Positions 62,794-64,000 of a stretch of 64,000 nucleotides of DNA are shown here, in pieces. The DNA lies in sequence record NC_047979.1. The stretch is one strand, 5' to 3'. The DNA comes from Escherichia phage Gostya9. Both the position numbers and the translations under genes were made by a program. The notes beneath the pieces were generated by a model. It was not told the origin of the DNA. It saw only the letters and a program-made list of their open reading frames with translations, and made no database searches. Every line of letters begins with the position of its first letter. Within the stretch, counting starts at the first letter, position 1.

Positions 62794-64000
62794 TCTTTAT
62801 CTCCCTCGGTGGAACCTTGAGGTCTACCACCTTCTTGACCAGATACACCTGTTGCAGAACCAGCAACGTTAGCAGGAATACGAATCCTATTCATCTGCTC
62901 ATCATCTAAAGGTTCAAGGTTCAGCTCTAAACGAGCTTCGTTACCAGTCATAATACCATTATTAACCAATGAGGTTAAATGTTTAGCCTCAGCTTCTTTA
63001 TCTGGTGTTAATGCAGCTACCTCCTTAGTATTAGGGGTAATCCTATAACCAAAAAAGAAAGTAAGAGAACTAGTCAGTTTGTTCAGCATAGGAATGATAG
63101 TCATATAATAGAACAATTCGATGTTTGGTCGAATATTCGCATTATTACCACCATCAATCAGTACTTGCGGAACACCAAAGGCTAGACAGATAGATTTATT
63201 AAATCCTGCGATGTCTTCCTTAAAGTCTAGATCTTTAAAAGAGGATATTTGGGAGTACGGTTTAGCTTTCATACCACCATCTAGAATCAGGACAGAAGAC
63301 TGACCCGTACTAGGATTATAATCGAGTTGTAATTCTTCTTGTTTACGCTCACGCAATTTCTTGTTCAGGATTTCATCCGTTTCAAGAATAAGACCAATCA
63401 CGGTTCCGTTATCTAGGAACTTCTCTTTAAAGTTAAGCATTTTAGAACGCTTCTCAAGAGAATCAATAACAGTAGCAACACGAGATTGTCCAGAAATTTG
63501 AGAATTTGTGCCACACACGTAACTGTTATCCTTTATAAAGATAATCTCATCTACGCGATAGTTTATCTGATTATTAAATATAAATTTTTTGATAAACTTA
63601 TTGGCATCTGCCTCGACCTGCATAAGAGCGGCCGGGACGTGGTAAAGCGATGTGCCATCCCAATAGATGTATGCACAACCCTCAAAAAGTAGGTCAGTGA
63701 CTACAAGTCTACGGAATGTGCTTATATCCATGAATGGATTAGGTCGTACATTTAAGAGAGTGTCTAGAGTCTTTGTTTTGACGCCATTAGCGTACGTAAC
63801 AATATTATATTTATCTCCGACAGTATAAGAACACTCCGCCGCACTATCTATAACCATATTGGCAGTTCGATTGAGAATCTCAATCTTGCTATAGGCTTGT
63901 CCAGTGGTAAAAGGCTTACGGTTAGTGCGATGACTAACTGGTTCCATGTCTCTTATAATACGTTGACCCGGATTTAGCTTTTCAGTAATCCAGCTTTTAA
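62790..64000 (-). CDS. portal protein (pb7-like), 5' end probably beyond the window
   Basis: At least 385 aa from ATG 63947; the reading frame stays open for the remaining 53 nt to the window edge, so the true start may lie just outside. Confidence 0.6.
   Translation of the reverse strand, partial: KSWITEKLNPGQRIIRDMEPVSHRTNRKPFTTGQAYSKIEILNRTANMVIDSAAECSYTVGDKYNIVTYANGVKTKTLDTLLNVRPNPFMDISTFRRLVVTDLLFEGCAYIYWDGTSLYHVPAALMQVEADANKFIKKFIFNNQINYRVDEIIFIKDNSYVCGTNSQISGQSRVATVIDSLEKRSKMLNFKEKFLDNGTVIGLILETDEILNKKLRERKQEELQLDYNPSTGQSSVLILDGGMKAKPYSQISSFKDLDFKEDIAGFNKSICLAFGVPQVLIDGGNNANIRPNIELFYYMTIIPMLNKLTSSLTFFFGYRITPNTKEVAALTPDKEAEAKHLTSLVNNGIMTGNEARLELNLEPLDDEQMNRIRIPANVAGSATGVSGQEGGRPQGSTEGDKE

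Noticed and set aside
1-64000. Prophage or integrative element features (integrase, attachment sites, repressor), CRISPR arrays, reverse transcriptase/retron or DGR
   Set aside because: No tyrosine or serine recombinase motifs, no repeat-spacer array, and no RT (YxDD) ORF were seen; the gene set is that of a virulent T5-like phage.

Overview
This window reads as a contiguous piece of a T5-like (Demerecviridae-type) virulent phage genome, based on gene content, order and protein sizes recalled from memory; no homology search was run. Positions 1-13,400 carry minus-strand early genes: a degenerate tRNA-like element, a secreted SleB-like cell-wall hydrolase, a stand-alone receiver-like protein, a DEDD-type exonuclease, RNase H, a GIY-YIG homing endonuclease, and a thyA-frd-nrdB-nrdA-phoH nucleotide-metabolism block. 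Positions 13,500-42,000 carry plus-strand early/replication genes: anaerobic RNR NrdD, a Zn-less Sir2-family protein, an AEP-primase-like/helicase fusion, a split NAD-dependent DNA ligase, DnaB-like helicase, an HNH endonuclease, DnaG-type primase, a family-A DNA polymerase interrupted by an intein with a LAGLIDADG endonuclease, the D10-D15-like recombination/repair module and dUTPase. A bidirectional terminator at about 42,000 separates these from the minus-strand late genes (42,043-64,000): tail fibre with tandem repeats, baseplate/tail proteins, tape measure, tail tube, major capsid, prohead protease and a portal gene truncated at the window edge. Early genes are punctuated by about 20 near-identical sigma70-type promoters (TTGCTw-N17-TATAAT followed by a cATAAATT box) and by rho-independent terminators. 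The observations most worth follow-up are the polymerase intein, the phage Sir2-family protein, a glycine-zipper small protein with palindromic sites next to the tail fibre, the AEP-like primase-helicase with its long ORF-free leader, and a possible non-canonical frameshift in the tail assembly chaperone pair. No integrase, CRISPR array or reverse transcriptase was seen. All coordinates and motif calls were made by eye and need computational confirmation.
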